In this document: piece after piece, positions 1 to 11,129 of the stretch
Position numbering within the stretch: position 1 is the stretch's first letter
Layout: the number at the start of each line of letters is the position of its first letter
NCBI GenBank assembly: GCA_049971295.1
Contig: JBMFLH010000016.1
Span: 1 to 29,670, forward strand
Origin: Candidatus Ratteibacteria bacterium
GTDB lineage: Bacteria; Ratteibacteria; UBA8468; B48-G9; DTJG01
Direction: 5' to 3'
Length of the DNA stretch: 29,670 bases
Program-made: the position numbers and the translations under genes
The notes under the pieces: model-generated
Told to the model about the DNA's origin: nothing
The model's input: only the letters and a program-made list of their open reading frames with translations
Database searches by the model: none

Positions 1-50
1 GGTCTTACCATTCCCGTCGCCACCTAGTTATAAAAGGGCGGGATTTTAGG
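1..50. mobile_element. Possible terminus of an insertion sequence interrupting the first gene
   Basis: The reading frame of the first gene is open from 50 but hits TAG at 47-49. Bases 1-50 contain an imperfect inverted repeat (TCCCGTC...GGCGGGA) and end in GCGGGATTTTAGG (reverse complement CCTAAAATCCCGC), a CC-initial end of the kind seen in IS1380/IS1634-type elements. No transposase lies in the window. Confidence 0.3.
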
Positions 51-2245
51 TTATAATTCAACACCTTCCTGATAAGTTCTCAATAGAAGGTTCTGATGGA
101 ACAATTATCAAAGAAGGAAAACACACCGAAGGATGGTTTGCTGTTGAAAAGCAGGACATAGGAATCAACCATAGAGAAACATGGCAGAGATTTCCCAAAG
201 AATTTGAGATCACATCAGATGGCATGAAACTTCATATCTGGCCTGTTCACGGTAAAACCCATTCAGAAATCAATGAAACAAATCCTGAAGAAATTTACAA
301 ATTATGGTTTGCCCACCAGGGAAAAGAATTGAGTTTAGGTATGCCGTGGAAGTATTACTTTAAAGCTGCAGAAATTTACAATGCTCCTGAAACAGGGGTC
401 TATACAGCACCAGGACTTGTGCTTGCAGGCGTTCATTCAAGCATTCTGGGAGCAGCGATTACAAGCGACATTCTGGTAACATTTTTGAGTGGTGAAGATA
501 TTGAGAAACAAAAAGAAATATCAACATCTTTTCAAATTCTCCCCCATTGCCTGCCAGATCCTCAATGGACCTGTGATAGTTTGACTGTCGATTATATTTC
601 GCCTTATTCACCTGAAAAATTTAAATTTATTGAGGACTGTATTGAAAAACTGGTAAAAGGATACAGAGAATTACAGGATTACACAGAACAGTATGGTATG
701 TGGATATATAGAACATGACATCATACATCTTACAATGGAAACAGGATATTTGACTTATACAGGTTGTTCAATGCCACTCATCATTATGAAGCATTTATGC
801 CATGGCTGATGTATGTAAGGTCAGGGAATCCATTTTATCTGGAACAGGCAAGTGCAAATATGAGGTTACTTTCTGACCTGAATATCATTCATTACAATGA
901 TTCATCTTATACGCATCGCGAATTTCACTTCCGCCAGAAAAATATTGCTGGCTCAACACGACACACCAACGGTTTTTGTCCCTGGGGAGGAGACCATGCG
1001 CTTCTCGCACATTTAACCTGTTACAACGCCCTGATGCTGGCGCATTACCTGACAGGGGACTTAAGGTTACGAGAAATCCTTGTTGATAAATGGCAGAAGA
1101 CAATAACAACAGACCGGAAAAATCCAGAGTTTGCTGGAGCAACACGGTTGGAACCAGGAAGGGATAACAACACCCTTGGAGAGTTAATAGACCTTTACCA
1201 AATGACATATCATCCTGCCTTGCTTGTGTATATTGATGATTGTTTGCAAAAATACCTGACCAACATGTATCACTGGGGTCAGCCACTTCATAATGTTCTG
1301 CTATTTTATAAAAGTGAACAGGCAAAAAAGCAATTGATGGATGGCGTGGTTGATCCAAAATCAGAGAAATGGAATCTTTGGTATACCCATTCGCCCCACG
1401 AAAATTATGGACTGGCTTCAATTTTTGAAACAGACAAAAACAAAAGTGCAGAATATGCTGCAAAGGCATTTTTGAATTCTGGCATTTATTCGTGGGACAG
1501 TAAAGCGAATAAGTTGAAAAATAAGGAAAATTTTGACGCTTTCTGTGAGGTTCCTGACTTTGTTCTTTATATGCCAAGGGTTATGTATGTCCTTGCAAAA
1601 ACAAACATTGAAGACCCGACGAACTGGAGTTGGTCTCAATCACTACCTGGATGCCCGGGTGCAACCTATTGCATTGTCAGGGAAGAAAAAGATAAGAATT
1701 TTAACATTATTATTCGCGGAGAAATAGGAAAAAAAGACAGTGGTGGATTTCCAGTAAAGGTTATCGGACCTGATAAAAAAACAATTATTGAGACGATTGT
1801 TGACAGGCCATACATGAAACTGGTGGTTCCACAGGACGGAAAAACCGGCGAATACGTCATTATTCTTGGTTTGAGGGATGGAAAGGATGATATTTACGCA
1901 CCATTGACAGACCTTGAAAAAGAAGTTTATTATGTAAATTACTGGTTTCAATGCACTGATACAAGATATTTCACAAAACCAGCAACAGATACCAACGAAT
2001 CCTTCGGGATTCAGCCACACGTTTATTCATCATACATCATATCAAATAAAACAAAACAACTGATTGCCTCAACTGAAAAGGGAGAGAAAATAGAAGTAGA
2101 AATGCCTGTTGAAGGAATATGGATCATTAGTAAAACAAGATACACGCATATCAAGCAACCATTAATTCTTTCAAACGATGAACAACACTGGTTTTTGCCT
2201 GAAAGCATAAAAGTGGTACAATTTAAAACCAAGTGGAACTGGTAA
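50..2245 (+). pseudogene. Large polysaccharide lyase-like protein (PcRGLX/YetA-like), 5'-truncated, with in-frame TGA at 716-718
   Basis: ORFs 224..718 and 764..2245 share a frame. The frame is also open from 50 (VIIQHLPDKF...WQRFPKEFEITSDGMKLHIWP) and across the stop (YGMWIYRT*HHTSYNGNRIFDLYRLFNATHHY). The family call rests on the WQxFPK...LxIWP and YGMW motifs only. Confidence 0.7.
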
Positions 2246-2261
2246 AAACAGGGGAGGAAAT

Positions 2262-3566
2262 ATGGTAAGAAAGGTTTTGTTGGGTTGTATGATTTTGATA
2301 ATGTTCTGGGTTTTTTCTGCAATCTGCCAGGTTATTTGTACGCCAGACAAAACTGCAGTATCAGCAAAATCAGGAGATATCTTTGTTTTTGCAGTTTCTA
2401 ATCCAAACCCTCCGCAGGATATTTCTATTAAGGTGTATGACGCAAATGGTAAATATGTCAGAACACTTTTTGAAAAATGCGCAACAGAAACACAGTTCAA
2501 AATTCCGTGGAACTTAAAAGATGCTGATGGAAAAATAGTTAACCCAGGGAAATATACTGTGAAGGTTCAAACTGGTTTAAGCCTTGTACTTGATAACACT
2601 TTCGGGAAAAATGGCATCATCGGCGGTGATGATACATTCATCAGTCCAAGAAATGTCAGGGTTGATAAAAAAGGCTGTGTTTATGTGCTGGATTATGGAT
2701 CTGGAATAATATTCAAATTCAATCCAGATGGAACTCCAGCCAATGATATTGCAGGAAAAAACAAAATTGTGGGACCTTCATCACCTTATTGGGTCAATAT
2801 CGCCGTGGATGAAGATGGACGAATTTACGGAACTGTTGGTCACAGTGTACTGGTTTACGACGGTAAAACTGGAGCACAAATTTATCACGTTGGAGAATTT
2901 TTTGGAAACGATGTGGGCTGGGAAACAACAAAGGGTGGACTCGGCTGGCCAAATTGGGTGGGACTCAATAGCGACTATCGTCTTTATGCTTCGTGCCCCG
3001 GATACTCGTACTGGGCAGCTTTTGACAGAAGAAAAAAAGGAAAAGAAGGAGGACTCTGGCGTTCAAAGGGAGGAGTACCAGGAGAATCCGGAGATACAGA
3101 CGGAAAGAAAGCCATTTATCTTGCGCATGCCTATTACACAAATCGCAATGGCATCACAAAGTGGATTGATAAAGATACATCTGTTGAAATTGCTTATAGC
3201 ATTACTTCTTTCACAGACCCGGTAAAGAAAACCACAGAACAGATGGCAAATGTTTATGGCGTTGCATTTGACAAAGAATCAGGAATTTTCCTTGTTCAGA
3301 GAGACCCTGTAAGAATTATCAAAATTTCAGACAATGGATTTGGGTTTGATTTTGTAAAACAATTTGCTTCCCCAGGAAATGATGCTTCTAAACTTGAATT
3401 TATGGCGCCAAAGGATGCAGCAGTTTCTCCTGACGGAAAATATCTTTATATCATAGAAGATGGAGAACCTATCAGCAAAACAAATACTGCGCCTGGTCTT
3501 GCTCGGCTTATGAAATACAAAATCACCTATCAGGACGAAAAGCAAGTGACGATAAACGTTCAATAA
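2262..3566 (+). CDS. Secreted protein: FlgD-like Ig domain plus NHL/beta-propeller repeats
   Basis: RBS GGGGAGG. Hydrophobic N-terminal signal. The stretch IKVYDANGKYVRTL...WNLKDADGKIVNPGKYTVKV is FlgD-Ig-like. NHL-type repeats: FISPRNVRVDKKGCVYVLD, IAVDEDGRIY, FMAPKDAAVSPDGKYLYI. Confidence 0.8.
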   Translation: MVRKVLLGCMILIMFWVFSAICQVICTPDKTAVSAKSGDIFVFAVSNPNPPQDISIKVYDANGKYVRTLFEKCATETQFKIPWNLKDADGKIVNPGKYTVKVQTGLSLVLDNTFGKNGIIGGDDTFISPRNVRVDKKGCVYVLDYGSGIIFKFNPDGTPANDIAGKNKIVGPSSPYWVNIAVDEDGRIYGTVGHSVLVYDGKTGAQIYHVGEFFGNDVGWETTKGGLGWPNWVGLNSDYRLYASCPGYSYWAAFDRRKKGKEGGLWRSKGGVPGESGDTDGKKAIYLAHAYYTNRNGITKWIDKDTSVEIAYSITSFTDPVKKTTEQMANVYGVAFDKESGIFLVQRDPVRIIKISDNGFGFDFVKQFASPGNDASKLEFMAPKDAAVSPDGKYLYIIEDGEPISKTNTAPGLARLMKYKITYQDEKQVTINVQ

Positions 3567-3600
3567 ATTGCTACGTTCAATTTCACAAAAAGGGGCTATT

Positions 3601-6033
3601 ATGAAAAAATTGCTGTTTTTGACAATGGCACTTTTATGTATTTTCTCATTAAGTTCATATGCCCAGCAGAAGAAAAATCCCGAAAAAATCTATGTGAGGT
3701 TCAAAGTACTTTCAGCAGATCAGGTATACGCCTACTTAAAAACCGTTATACATCGCTCTCCCTGGTCAAAAAATTATCCAACAATTCCCCGTGGTGGAGA
3801 AAATTACGCAAGATTACGGATTAAACAGAACAATTTCTCTCCTTGGGCAGAGATTGATGGTGACTGGGGAACAATTGTTTTTGATTTCAAAAGTTCCCAG
3901 ATACTTGAAACTGTTGAAGTTGAAATCCAGTTGTCGACTAAAGACGATGAGGCAGAAATATTTAAGACAATGAGAATTCAGGAAAAAGGAAGTATTGTTG
4001 CGATCAGTTTGCCTCCTGATTACTATAATAATCCAGATGGAATACTCACTGTCAGGCAGGAATCAGAAAAACATTTGAAAATGGCTCAATCTCTTAATCT
4101 TTCTCAGGAAAATCTTCCAAAGAAATTTTCTTTTTACACAGGCGCAGGCGGCTATGGAAGTTTATATAAGGATGTTGAAATATGGAAAAATGAACTTAAA
4201 ACATTAAGAACCCTTGGCATCAATGGAACAAGTTATCCCTGGAATGCTGAACAAAACAATATTTATAAAGAACTGGGTTTTGATAGATTTGTTACGTATA
4301 ATCCAGGCAATCCCGACCAGGCAAAAAATGAAAAAACACTTTCTGAGGAAACATTCTCAAAAATTCAGGCAGTTGTCATTGCTGACGAACCAGGAAATTA
4401 TGGTCTTTACCAGATAAAAAATGAACCGGTTGAAATCTTTCATAAGTTCCTTGAAAGCAAGGGTCTAAAACCAAAAGATTTTCACGCAAAGGACTGGTCT
4501 GACATTAAACCACTTACAGAAAAAAAAGAAATTGAAAAAATTGAGTATAACTGGGGGCCAAAATACGGTGAGGCAGCAAGAAAGGCATATTACTGGACGA
4601 TGAGATACACCGAACACCTGACAAACCAGTATTTCAAAAATATCACAGATTCTCATGAAAAACAGTACCAGCCAGGAGTACTGACATTTGTTAACTATAC
4701 AGACCATCCCATGATTCTTGGAGGTACGATGCTTCCGGGAAGTCCTGACTGGTTTGAGATGGGTTTACAAAGAGCAACCACATTGATGTGGACAGAGGAC
4801 TGGATGTACGGCGGAATCAGGTCATGGGGAAATGGTCTTTACCAGCGATTGGGATTCCTGTGTGACATTCTGCGAAATGCAGCAAGCAAACACAATCAAC
4901 CACTTGGCTTTTACAATACAATGGATGGAGAAGATGGAATCAGAATGAAAGGATTTATAGTCATTGGACATGGAGTAAAAATTATTGATTATTTTTACTA
5001 TGGACCAACATATTCTGCTACAGAAAACTATTGGTCAGATAGCATTTCACAATATAAAGGTGTTGCAAAAGTCATCAGAGACATAGGAAAGGCAGAAGAA
5101 CTTGTATATCCTGGACAGGTACCAAAAAGAGATGTAGCGATTATTTACAGTACCACAGAAGAAATCTGGGACCAAAATGGTGACAAAGGACATGAAAAAC
5201 AATATCTTCATATCGCGCTTGCTCAGCAACTGTATCACGCAGATGTACTGAACGAGGACTTAATTCTTGAAAGAGACCTGTCACAATACAAGGTCATTTA
5301 TTTCATGGATACGCACTTTCCTATTGCTGGACTGAAAAAACTAAAGACCTATGTGGAAAATGGCGGAACCCTGGTATTGTTGCCAGGCGCAGGTGAAAAG
5401 GATGAATATGATAATAATGTAAATGTGATTACATCACTTTTGGGGACAGATATCAAAACAGTTCCGATTGAAAAACCAGAAAAAACCACTATCAGTTTGA
5501 ACGAAAGTACAGGAATTCTAAGTGATATTCCTGTGACTGTCTTATTCAAAAAGGCAGAAGTTTTAGGCTCTGCAAAAGACCAGATTTTAGGCAAGTTTTC
5601 AGACAATTCTCCAGCAATTCTCAGTAGTAAAGTGAAAAAGGGCAGAATCATTTATTATATGTTTATGCCAGGGCATAATTTTTTCTCACTTGTTCAAGAA
5701 GCAAATCCTGAAGGATATGTAAAAATTTTCCCGGAACATGCAAAAAAACTTATCAGTTTTCCGTGTGAAATGTCAGGCATTAAAAAACAAATTGAAATAT
5801 CAGAAGGCACATTCGATGCAAACTTACTGGTTTCAGAAAAAGGCGTGGCACTGGTGCTGGTCAATATTGGAAGAGACCCTGTACCAAGCGCCAGTTTCAA
5901 AGTTCAGGCACAGGGAATTAAATCAGTGACATCTATTGAAAATGGTAATCTTCAGTTCAGGGAAGAAAATGGATTTGTATATTTTTCAATGCCTGTCAAT
6001 GGATTAACAGACATTGTAATGCTTAAAAAATAA
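3601..6033 (+). CDS. Secreted glycoside hydrolase-like protein with beta-galactosidase (GH42-type) trimerisation domain
   Basis: ATG 3601 follows AAGGGG and starts a typical signal peptide (MKKLLFLTMALLCIFSLSSYA). TIM-barrel IADEP motif. C-terminal DVAIIYS...LSQYKVIYF...LKTYVENGGTLV is trimerisation-domain-like. Confidence 0.75.
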   Translation: MKKLLFLTMALLCIFSLSSYAQQKKNPEKIYVRFKVLSADQVYAYLKTVIHRSPWSKNYPTIPRGGENYARLRIKQNNFSPWAEIDGDWGTIVFDFKSSQILETVEVEIQLSTKDDEAEIFKTMRIQEKGSIVAISLPPDYYNNPDGILTVRQESEKHLKMAQSLNLSQENLPKKFSFYTGAGGYGSLYKDVEIWKNELKTLRTLGINGTSYPWNAEQNNIYKELGFDRFVTYNPGNPDQAKNEKTLSEETFSKIQAVVIADEPGNYGLYQIKNEPVEIFHKFLESKGLKPKDFHAKDWSDIKPLTEKKEIEKIEYNWGPKYGEAARKAYYWTMRYTEHLTNQYFKNITDSHEKQYQPGVLTFVNYTDHPMILGGTMLPGSPDWFEMGLQRATTLMWTEDWMYGGIRSWGNGLYQRLGFLCDILRNAASKHNQPLGFYNTMDGEDGIRMKGFIVIGHGVKIIDYFYYGPTYSATENYWSDSISQYKGVAKVIRDIGKAEELVYPGQVPKRDVAIIYSTTEEIWDQNGDKGHEKQYLHIALAQQLYHADVLNEDLILERDLSQYKVIYFMDTHFPIAGLKKLKTYVENGGTLVLLPGAGEKDEYDNNVNVITSLLGTDIKTVPIEKPEKTTISLNESTGILSDIPVTVLFKKAEVLGSAKDQILGKFSDNSPAILSSKVKKGRIIYYMFMPGHNFFSLVQEANPEGYVKIFPEHAKKLISFPCEMSGIKKQIEISEGTFDANLLVSEKGVALVLVNIGRDPVPSASFKVQAQGIKSVTSIENGNLQFREENGFVYFSMPVNGLTDIVMLKK

Positions 6034-6045
6034 TAGGAGGAGAAA

Positions 6046-6879
6046 ATGAAGTTCAGTATTCAAACAATCATTCTTCCTTACAATACTCTTGAAGAAATCG
6101 GAGAAATTGCGCACAAGTACGGATATGATGGAGTTGAATGGCGTGTGCTTCCTGATGCATCTCTTAAGGACTTTGGTCCAGAGGTAAAAAACAATCTTGC
6201 AGTATGCACATTGAAACAAAGTGCGCCACTCATCAAAAAAATCAATGCGGAATTCAATTTGACTGTTGCTGGTTTTTCGTCATATGTTGAAATGGATCAA
6301 CTGGATGATATAAGAATCATCAGGGATGCAGGATGCGAACTTGGTTGCCCATTTTTCAGAATCAGGGGACTTTATTACAGAAGAGACCGCAATTACCATG
6401 AAATTGTTGAAGACGGATGGAAAAAATTTGAAAAGGTGGAGAAACTTCTTGAAACTTATCCCATAAAGGCAGCCATTGAAATACACAATGGTTTTGTCGT
6501 GAGTTCCTGCGCAGCAGCATATCATTTCTGTTCAAAATTCAGTCCAGAACATATTGGTGTGATTCATGATCCTGGCAATCAGGTTGTCGAAGGAAGAGAA
6601 GACGCAAAAATGGGAATTGAAATCCTGGGTCCATATCTAATACATGTTCATTTCAAGAATATGATATGGGAGAAAAAAGGTGTAAGAGAAGATGGAACTG
6701 TTGAGTGGAAACCAAAAAGTGTGCCATTGAACGAAGGAATCATCGACTGGAAGGACTACATTGATCAACTGAAAAATTGTGGATACAAAGGTTTTCTTTC
6801 AAACGAAGATATGGATACAGCGTCAGGTTCCATTGAACAGCGGCTATCACAAATTAATTATCTCAAACAGTTTGTATAA
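6046..6879 (+). CDS. Sugar phosphate isomerase/epimerase (xylose-isomerase-like TIM barrel)
   Basis: RBS AGGAGG. Motifs GYDGVEW, IEIH, DPGN, HVHFKN, GYKGFLSNE. Confidence 0.85.
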   Translation: MKFSIQTIILPYNTLEEIGEIAHKYGYDGVEWRVLPDASLKDFGPEVKNNLAVCTLKQSAPLIKKINAEFNLTVAGFSSYVEMDQLDDIRIIRDAGCELGCPFFRIRGLYYRRDRNYHEIVEDGWKKFEKVEKLLETYPIKAAIEIHNGFVVSSCAAAYHFCSKFSPEHIGVIHDPGNQVVEGREDAKMGIEILGPYLIHVHFKNMIWEKKGVREDGTVEWKPKSVPLNEGIIDWKDYIDQLKNCGYKGFLSNEDMDTASGSIEQRLSQINYLKQFV

Positions 6880-6899
6880 CAGGTGTGAGGAAAACAGAA

Positions 6900-7127
6900 C
6901 TATTGTTCGTCTACTGTTTTTATCGCCTCAAGGGCATCCTCATAGGAATCTGCTGGAACATACAGTTTTACTCGCAATCCGGGCAGCCATCCAATAATCC
7001 TGAGGTAACCCTGGACACCGCGGCTTTTCTTTAACACAGGAATACCGCTTGCCCTGAGTGCTGATTCTATCACAATACTTTCACCTTCAGTTGTTTCAAT
7101 AAGAAACTTCCAATCTTCTGTCTGCAT
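6900..7127 (-). CDS. Small DUF2007-like (putative signal-transducing) protein
   Basis: 75 aa with the pattern ESIVIESALRASGIPV...VKLYVPADSYEDALEAI. It has its own upstream promoter. Confidence 0.7.
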   Translation of the reverse strand: MQTEDWKFLIETTEGESIVIESALRASGIPVLKKSRGVQGYLRIIGWLPGLRVKLYVPADSYEDALEAIKTVDEQ

Positions 7128-7146
7128 TGTAATATCACTTTAATGA

Positions 7147-7175
7147 ATTCTACACCAGAACCAACAGGCAATCAA
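7147..7175 (-). promoter_or_regulatory. Sigma70-type promoter for 6900..7127
   Basis: Minus strand TTGATT-17 nt-TAGAAT. Confidence 0.55.
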
Positions 7176-7177
7176 GT

Positions 7178-7206
7178 TTGAAACGAAAAAGATTTTGTTG
7201 TAGCAT
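7178..7206 (+). promoter_or_regulatory. Sigma70-type promoter for the GH51 gene
   Basis: TTGAAA-17 nt-TAGCAT, back-to-back with the divergent promoter. Confidence 0.45.
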
Positions 7207-7226
7207 AATTGGAAACAGGAGATATA

Positions 7227-8756
7227 ATGAAAGCACATATTATTATTGATTTCACAAAAGTCATCGGGAAGAAAAATCCATATTTCTTTGGGTCTTTTAT
7301 TGAACATGTTCACCGCTGTGTTTATCCAGGAATTTTTGATCCAACATCAGACCTGGCTGATGAAGATGGCATGAGAAAAGATGTCCTCGAAGAAATAAAA
7401 AAATTAAAACCAGGAACCATTAGATGGCCTGGTGGAAATTTTTCTTCATGGTATTACTGGAAAGATGGCGTCGGTCCTAAAGAAAAAAGGGTATCAAAAA
7501 TATCTTACGCTGATGATATAATCAGGGAAGAAAATCACCAGTTTGGAACAGATGAATATATCAAATTTTGCAGAAAAACACTTGTGGAGCCATACATTAC
7601 TGTGAATGCTGGCTGTGGTACTGCAAAAGAAGCAGCAGAATGGGTTGAGTATTGTAATTACGAAGGCAAAACTTTTTATGCAAATCTTCGCAGAGAAAAT
7701 GGGAATAAGTCCCCCTTCAGCGTGAAATTCTGGGAAATCGGAAATGAAATCTATGGCGACTGGCAGGTCGGAACAAAAAATGCTGTTCAGTACAGTGAAT
7801 TTGTAAACGAATTTTCAAAAGCAATGAAGAGGGTTGACCCAACAATAAAAATCATTGCAGTAGGAATGGGAAAACACGATCCTGAATGGGATAGAATTAT
7901 TCTCAATTCCTGCTGGGACGATATTGATGGTATTAGTGTGCACATATACATTGGAAGACATGAATATTTTGATTCTTTTGGACAGATTTACACAATCAGA
8001 GACCATCTGAAAAAAATGGAAGATGATATTATTTCAATGTCAGAGAAAAAAACGGCAAAAAGAATTGGTATTGCCCTTTCTGAATGGGGCGTCTGGTATC
8101 GAAAAGGACACAAAGATGATCTCGATGAGGTTTATAATCTTAAAGATGCCCTTGTATTTGCAAGCGCCATGAACCTTTTGCTCAAGTTCTGTAATTGGCT
8201 TGATTTCACACACCAGTCAATGCTTGTCAATTGCCTTGGTCTTGTCAGAACAAAACAGAACAAAATTGTAAAACAGGCAATATATTTTCCTTTTCTTCTT
8301 TTTGCCAGCGAAACTGGAGATACAGTTCTTGCGCCCACAGTGTTGTGTGAAACTTTTTCCTGTAAGGATTACAGGTATTTCCCCTGGCCAACCTTTGATG
8401 TAGGAAAAGATAATTTTCAAATAGATGAAAGTCGTGTTCCTCAGATGCACAATGTTCCATTTCTTGATGTCTCAGCAACATACGACTCAAAAGAAAATAC
8501 CCTGTGTATCATTGCTGTCAACAGGCATCCCGAACGAACAATTTCAGGTTCCATTGAACTACGCAATTGCAAATGTCAAAAATATATCACTGCATCAGTA
8601 ATTACTGGCCCTGATGTGTATGCGGAAAATGACTTTGATAAAGAAGCCATCGGTATGGAAACATATCAGGAAACATTGAAAGATCATATGGTATGGGATT
8701 TCCCCAGGCACTCAATCACAATGTTGAAAATTCCCCTGGATGCAAAAAATGGTTAA
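7227..8756 (+). CDS. abfA: Alpha-L-arabinofuranosidase, GH51
   Basis: ATG 7227 follows AGGAGA. GH51 motifs FGSFIEH, IRWPGGNF, FGTDEY, WEIGNE (acid/base), SEWGVW (nucleophile) and the C-terminal PFLDVSAT...VNR domain. Confidence 0.9.
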   Translation: MKAHIIIDFTKVIGKKNPYFFGSFIEHVHRCVYPGIFDPTSDLADEDGMRKDVLEEIKKLKPGTIRWPGGNFSSWYYWKDGVGPKEKRVSKISYADDIIREENHQFGTDEYIKFCRKTLVEPYITVNAGCGTAKEAAEWVEYCNYEGKTFYANLRRENGNKSPFSVKFWEIGNEIYGDWQVGTKNAVQYSEFVNEFSKAMKRVDPTIKIIAVGMGKHDPEWDRIILNSCWDDIDGISVHIYIGRHEYFDSFGQIYTIRDHLKKMEDDIISMSEKKTAKRIGIALSEWGVWYRKGHKDDLDEVYNLKDALVFASAMNLLLKFCNWLDFTHQSMLVNCLGLVRTKQNKIVKQAIYFPFLLFASETGDTVLAPTVLCETFSCKDYRYFPWPTFDVGKDNFQIDESRVPQMHNVPFLDVSATYDSKENTLCIIAVNRHPERTISGSIELRNCKCQKYITASVITGPDVYAENDFDKEAIGMETYQETLKDHMVWDFPRHSITMLKIPLDAKNG

Positions 8757-9936
8757 ACTCAATATTCTTGTGATTGGCGGTGGAATGATTACACAGCAGG
8801 TAATTTTGCCTGTACTCATTGATGAAAAAGAAAAAGGGAAAATTTCATCAATTGCTGTTGCTTCAAGAAGAAAAGACACAGTCGAAAAATTGTCAGCACT
8901 TTTTCCCCAGGCAAAAATCAAAACATATCCAGAGAGAAAAGATTCTGACCCTGATGCCTGGAAAATTGCCATGAAAGAACTGGAAAAACCCGCAATTGTC
9001 ATTGTGGCAACACCTGATGATCTGCATGCACAAATGGCTCTTACTGCGATAGAGCAATACCATCATGTAATTGTTCAAAAACCTCTGTGCCTGACCGTGA
9101 AAGATGCAAAAAATATTCTTAAAGAATCAAGAAAAAACGCAGTCTATGTATTTACTGATTATCACAAAAGACATGATCTACCACTTCGTGCTGCACAGTA
9201 TAAATATAGAAAGGGTGAACTTGGAGAAGTCCTGTGCGGACACGCCTGGCATGAACAGAGGAGAGAAATTCCATTAAAGCACTTCAGAAACTGGTGTGAG
9301 AGAAGCAGTCCCCTTGAGTACCTTGGCACCCATTACATTGATATGTTTTACTTCATTACAAATCTTCTTCCAAAAAAAGTTATTGCAAAGGGGCAGAAAA
9401 AGATTCTTGTTTCTCTTGGCATCAATGCGTATGATTCGTGCCAGGCCTTTGTTACCTGGAGCAATGGAGCTGTGCAGTATCTCCAGACATCCTGGATATT
9501 GCCAGAGGCAAACCCATGTTTATCAAATCAAGGGTTTCAAATCACCTGCACAGAAGGAGAATTCAGAGCAGACAATGCGAACAGAAATTCAAATTTTTCA
9601 ACCACAAAGAATGGTTATGAAATATTCAATCCCTATTTTTTCAAACCCTATCCTGACTGGCATAACTTCGAGAAGACAAAATATTTGGGCTATGGCGCAG
9701 ACAGTATCATTCAGGCAATTGATGATTGCATGAAAATTGTAGAACAAACCCTGTGTCTTGACGAAAAAAATGCGCTCGAAAAAAGGAAAGAACTGATCCG
9801 TAAATTTGAAAAAATAAGACCGTTGCCCAATCAGGCAATTGTTGCAACCAGTGTCATTGAGGCAGGGAAAATGAGTATGACAAAAGAAGGGAAAGCCGTT
9901 GTGATTGATGAGGATTTTTCCCTGTATTATGAATAA
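8740..9936 (+). CDS. Gfo/Idh/MocA family oxidoreductase
   Basis: Rossmann VIGGGM, VATPDDLH, HVIVQKPL, DYHKR, LGTHYID. The start may be ATG 8749. Confidence 0.85.
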   Translation: MQKMVKLNILVIGGGMITQQVILPVLIDEKEKGKISSIAVASRRKDTVEKLSALFPQAKIKTYPERKDSDPDAWKIAMKELEKPAIVIVATPDDLHAQMALTAIEQYHHVIVQKPLCLTVKDAKNILKESRKNAVYVFTDYHKRHDLPLRAAQYKYRKGELGEVLCGHAWHEQRREIPLKHFRNWCERSSPLEYLGTHYIDMFYFITNLLPKKVIAKGQKKILVSLGINAYDSCQAFVTWSNGAVQYLQTSWILPEANPCLSNQGFQITCTEGEFRADNANRNSNFSTTKNGYEIFNPYFFKPYPDWHNFEKTKYLGYGADSIIQAIDDCMKIVEQTLCLDEKNALEKRKELIRKFEKIRPLPNQAIVATSVIEAGKMSMTKEGKAVVIDEDFSLYYE

Positions 9937-11129
9937 AATTCTTTTACTGCTTCATACATTGCCATAACATTTTCAGTCGGTACATCTGGCTGAATATTGT
10001 GAATCTGACAGAAAACAAAACCACTGCCTTCTGAAAGAATTTTGATACACTGCTGAACATGGCTTTTTACTTCATCTGGCTCGGCATACGGCAAAATGTG
10101 CTGGGTATCACACCCACCGCCCCAGAATGTAATATATTTACCGAACTCCCTTTTCAATTTTTCAAGCTGCATATGTTCGGCGGTAAATTGAACAGGATTA
10201 ATAATATCAACACCAATCTCAATTAAATCAGGGATAATATCATAAATTGAACCATCTGAGTGCAGGAATAGAAAAACATCAGATTCCTTGATAAACTGAT
10301 AAAGTTTTTTCTGATATGGCTTGACAAGTTTCCTGTAAAGAATGGGTGAAATCTGGAGCCCCTGCTGTGTTCCTAAATCGTCATTCACATTTACAATTTG
10401 CACATAATCACATACGTACTTTTTATATTTTTTAAACCGTTCTGTATACGCATTCACAAGGTTATCAAAGATACATTCTGCAATTTCTGGATGGAGAACA
10501 AGGTCTAACATAAATTGCTCGAATCCCCTCAATAATTGCGCGCCCATAAAAACATGGACTGCAAAATTTCCCATCAGTGCATAATCTGTTGTCTGATAAA
10601 GATGCTGTGCCTTTTTCCCAATTTCTTCTATCGTTTCATCAACAAAAAATGGCCAATCAAAATTTTCAAAAATATCCTTTTTTGATTCAATGTCTCTTAT
10701 CGATTGCGCATTCGCCAGAGGAAAATCAACAACTTCAAAATACCAGCAATTTTTTGGCCTTTTCGCAGTCACTTCCCCGATTTTGTCAACTACCTGCTCT
10801 TAACCATCTTCAAGTTTCACTAAATTCCAGCGGTCTGGAATTTCACAATCAGAACCATCAGGAAGTTTTGCGCTTTTCCAGTGCTCTGGCTCAGGGAATA
10901 CTGGTAAAACATCAGCGCCAACAATTTTCAGTATCTCTGGTTCAACGATCGCAACCTGCTGGTAAGGGTCATAAACTCTTGTTTTTCCTGTTTTGATTCC
11001 AAGAAAATTCTTCAATCTGTTGTAAGCAACAGCAGTAATACCCGTTGAGTCCATTCCACCCAGGTCAACCGGAATTTTATCTACTGGTTGATGCCTGACC
11101 GCACTCAAAATTCTTTCTCTCGATGTCAT
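9927..11129 (-). pseudogene. Uroporphyrinogen decarboxylase (URO-D/MtaA-like) family protein with in-frame TAA at 10800-10802
   Basis: ORFs 10800..11129 and 9927..10772 share a frame (KLEDG*EQVVDKIGEVTAKRPK). Family motifs MTSRERI...PVD, DDLGTQ, HSDGS, INPVQ, WGGGCDTQ, HNIQ. Confidence 0.85.
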
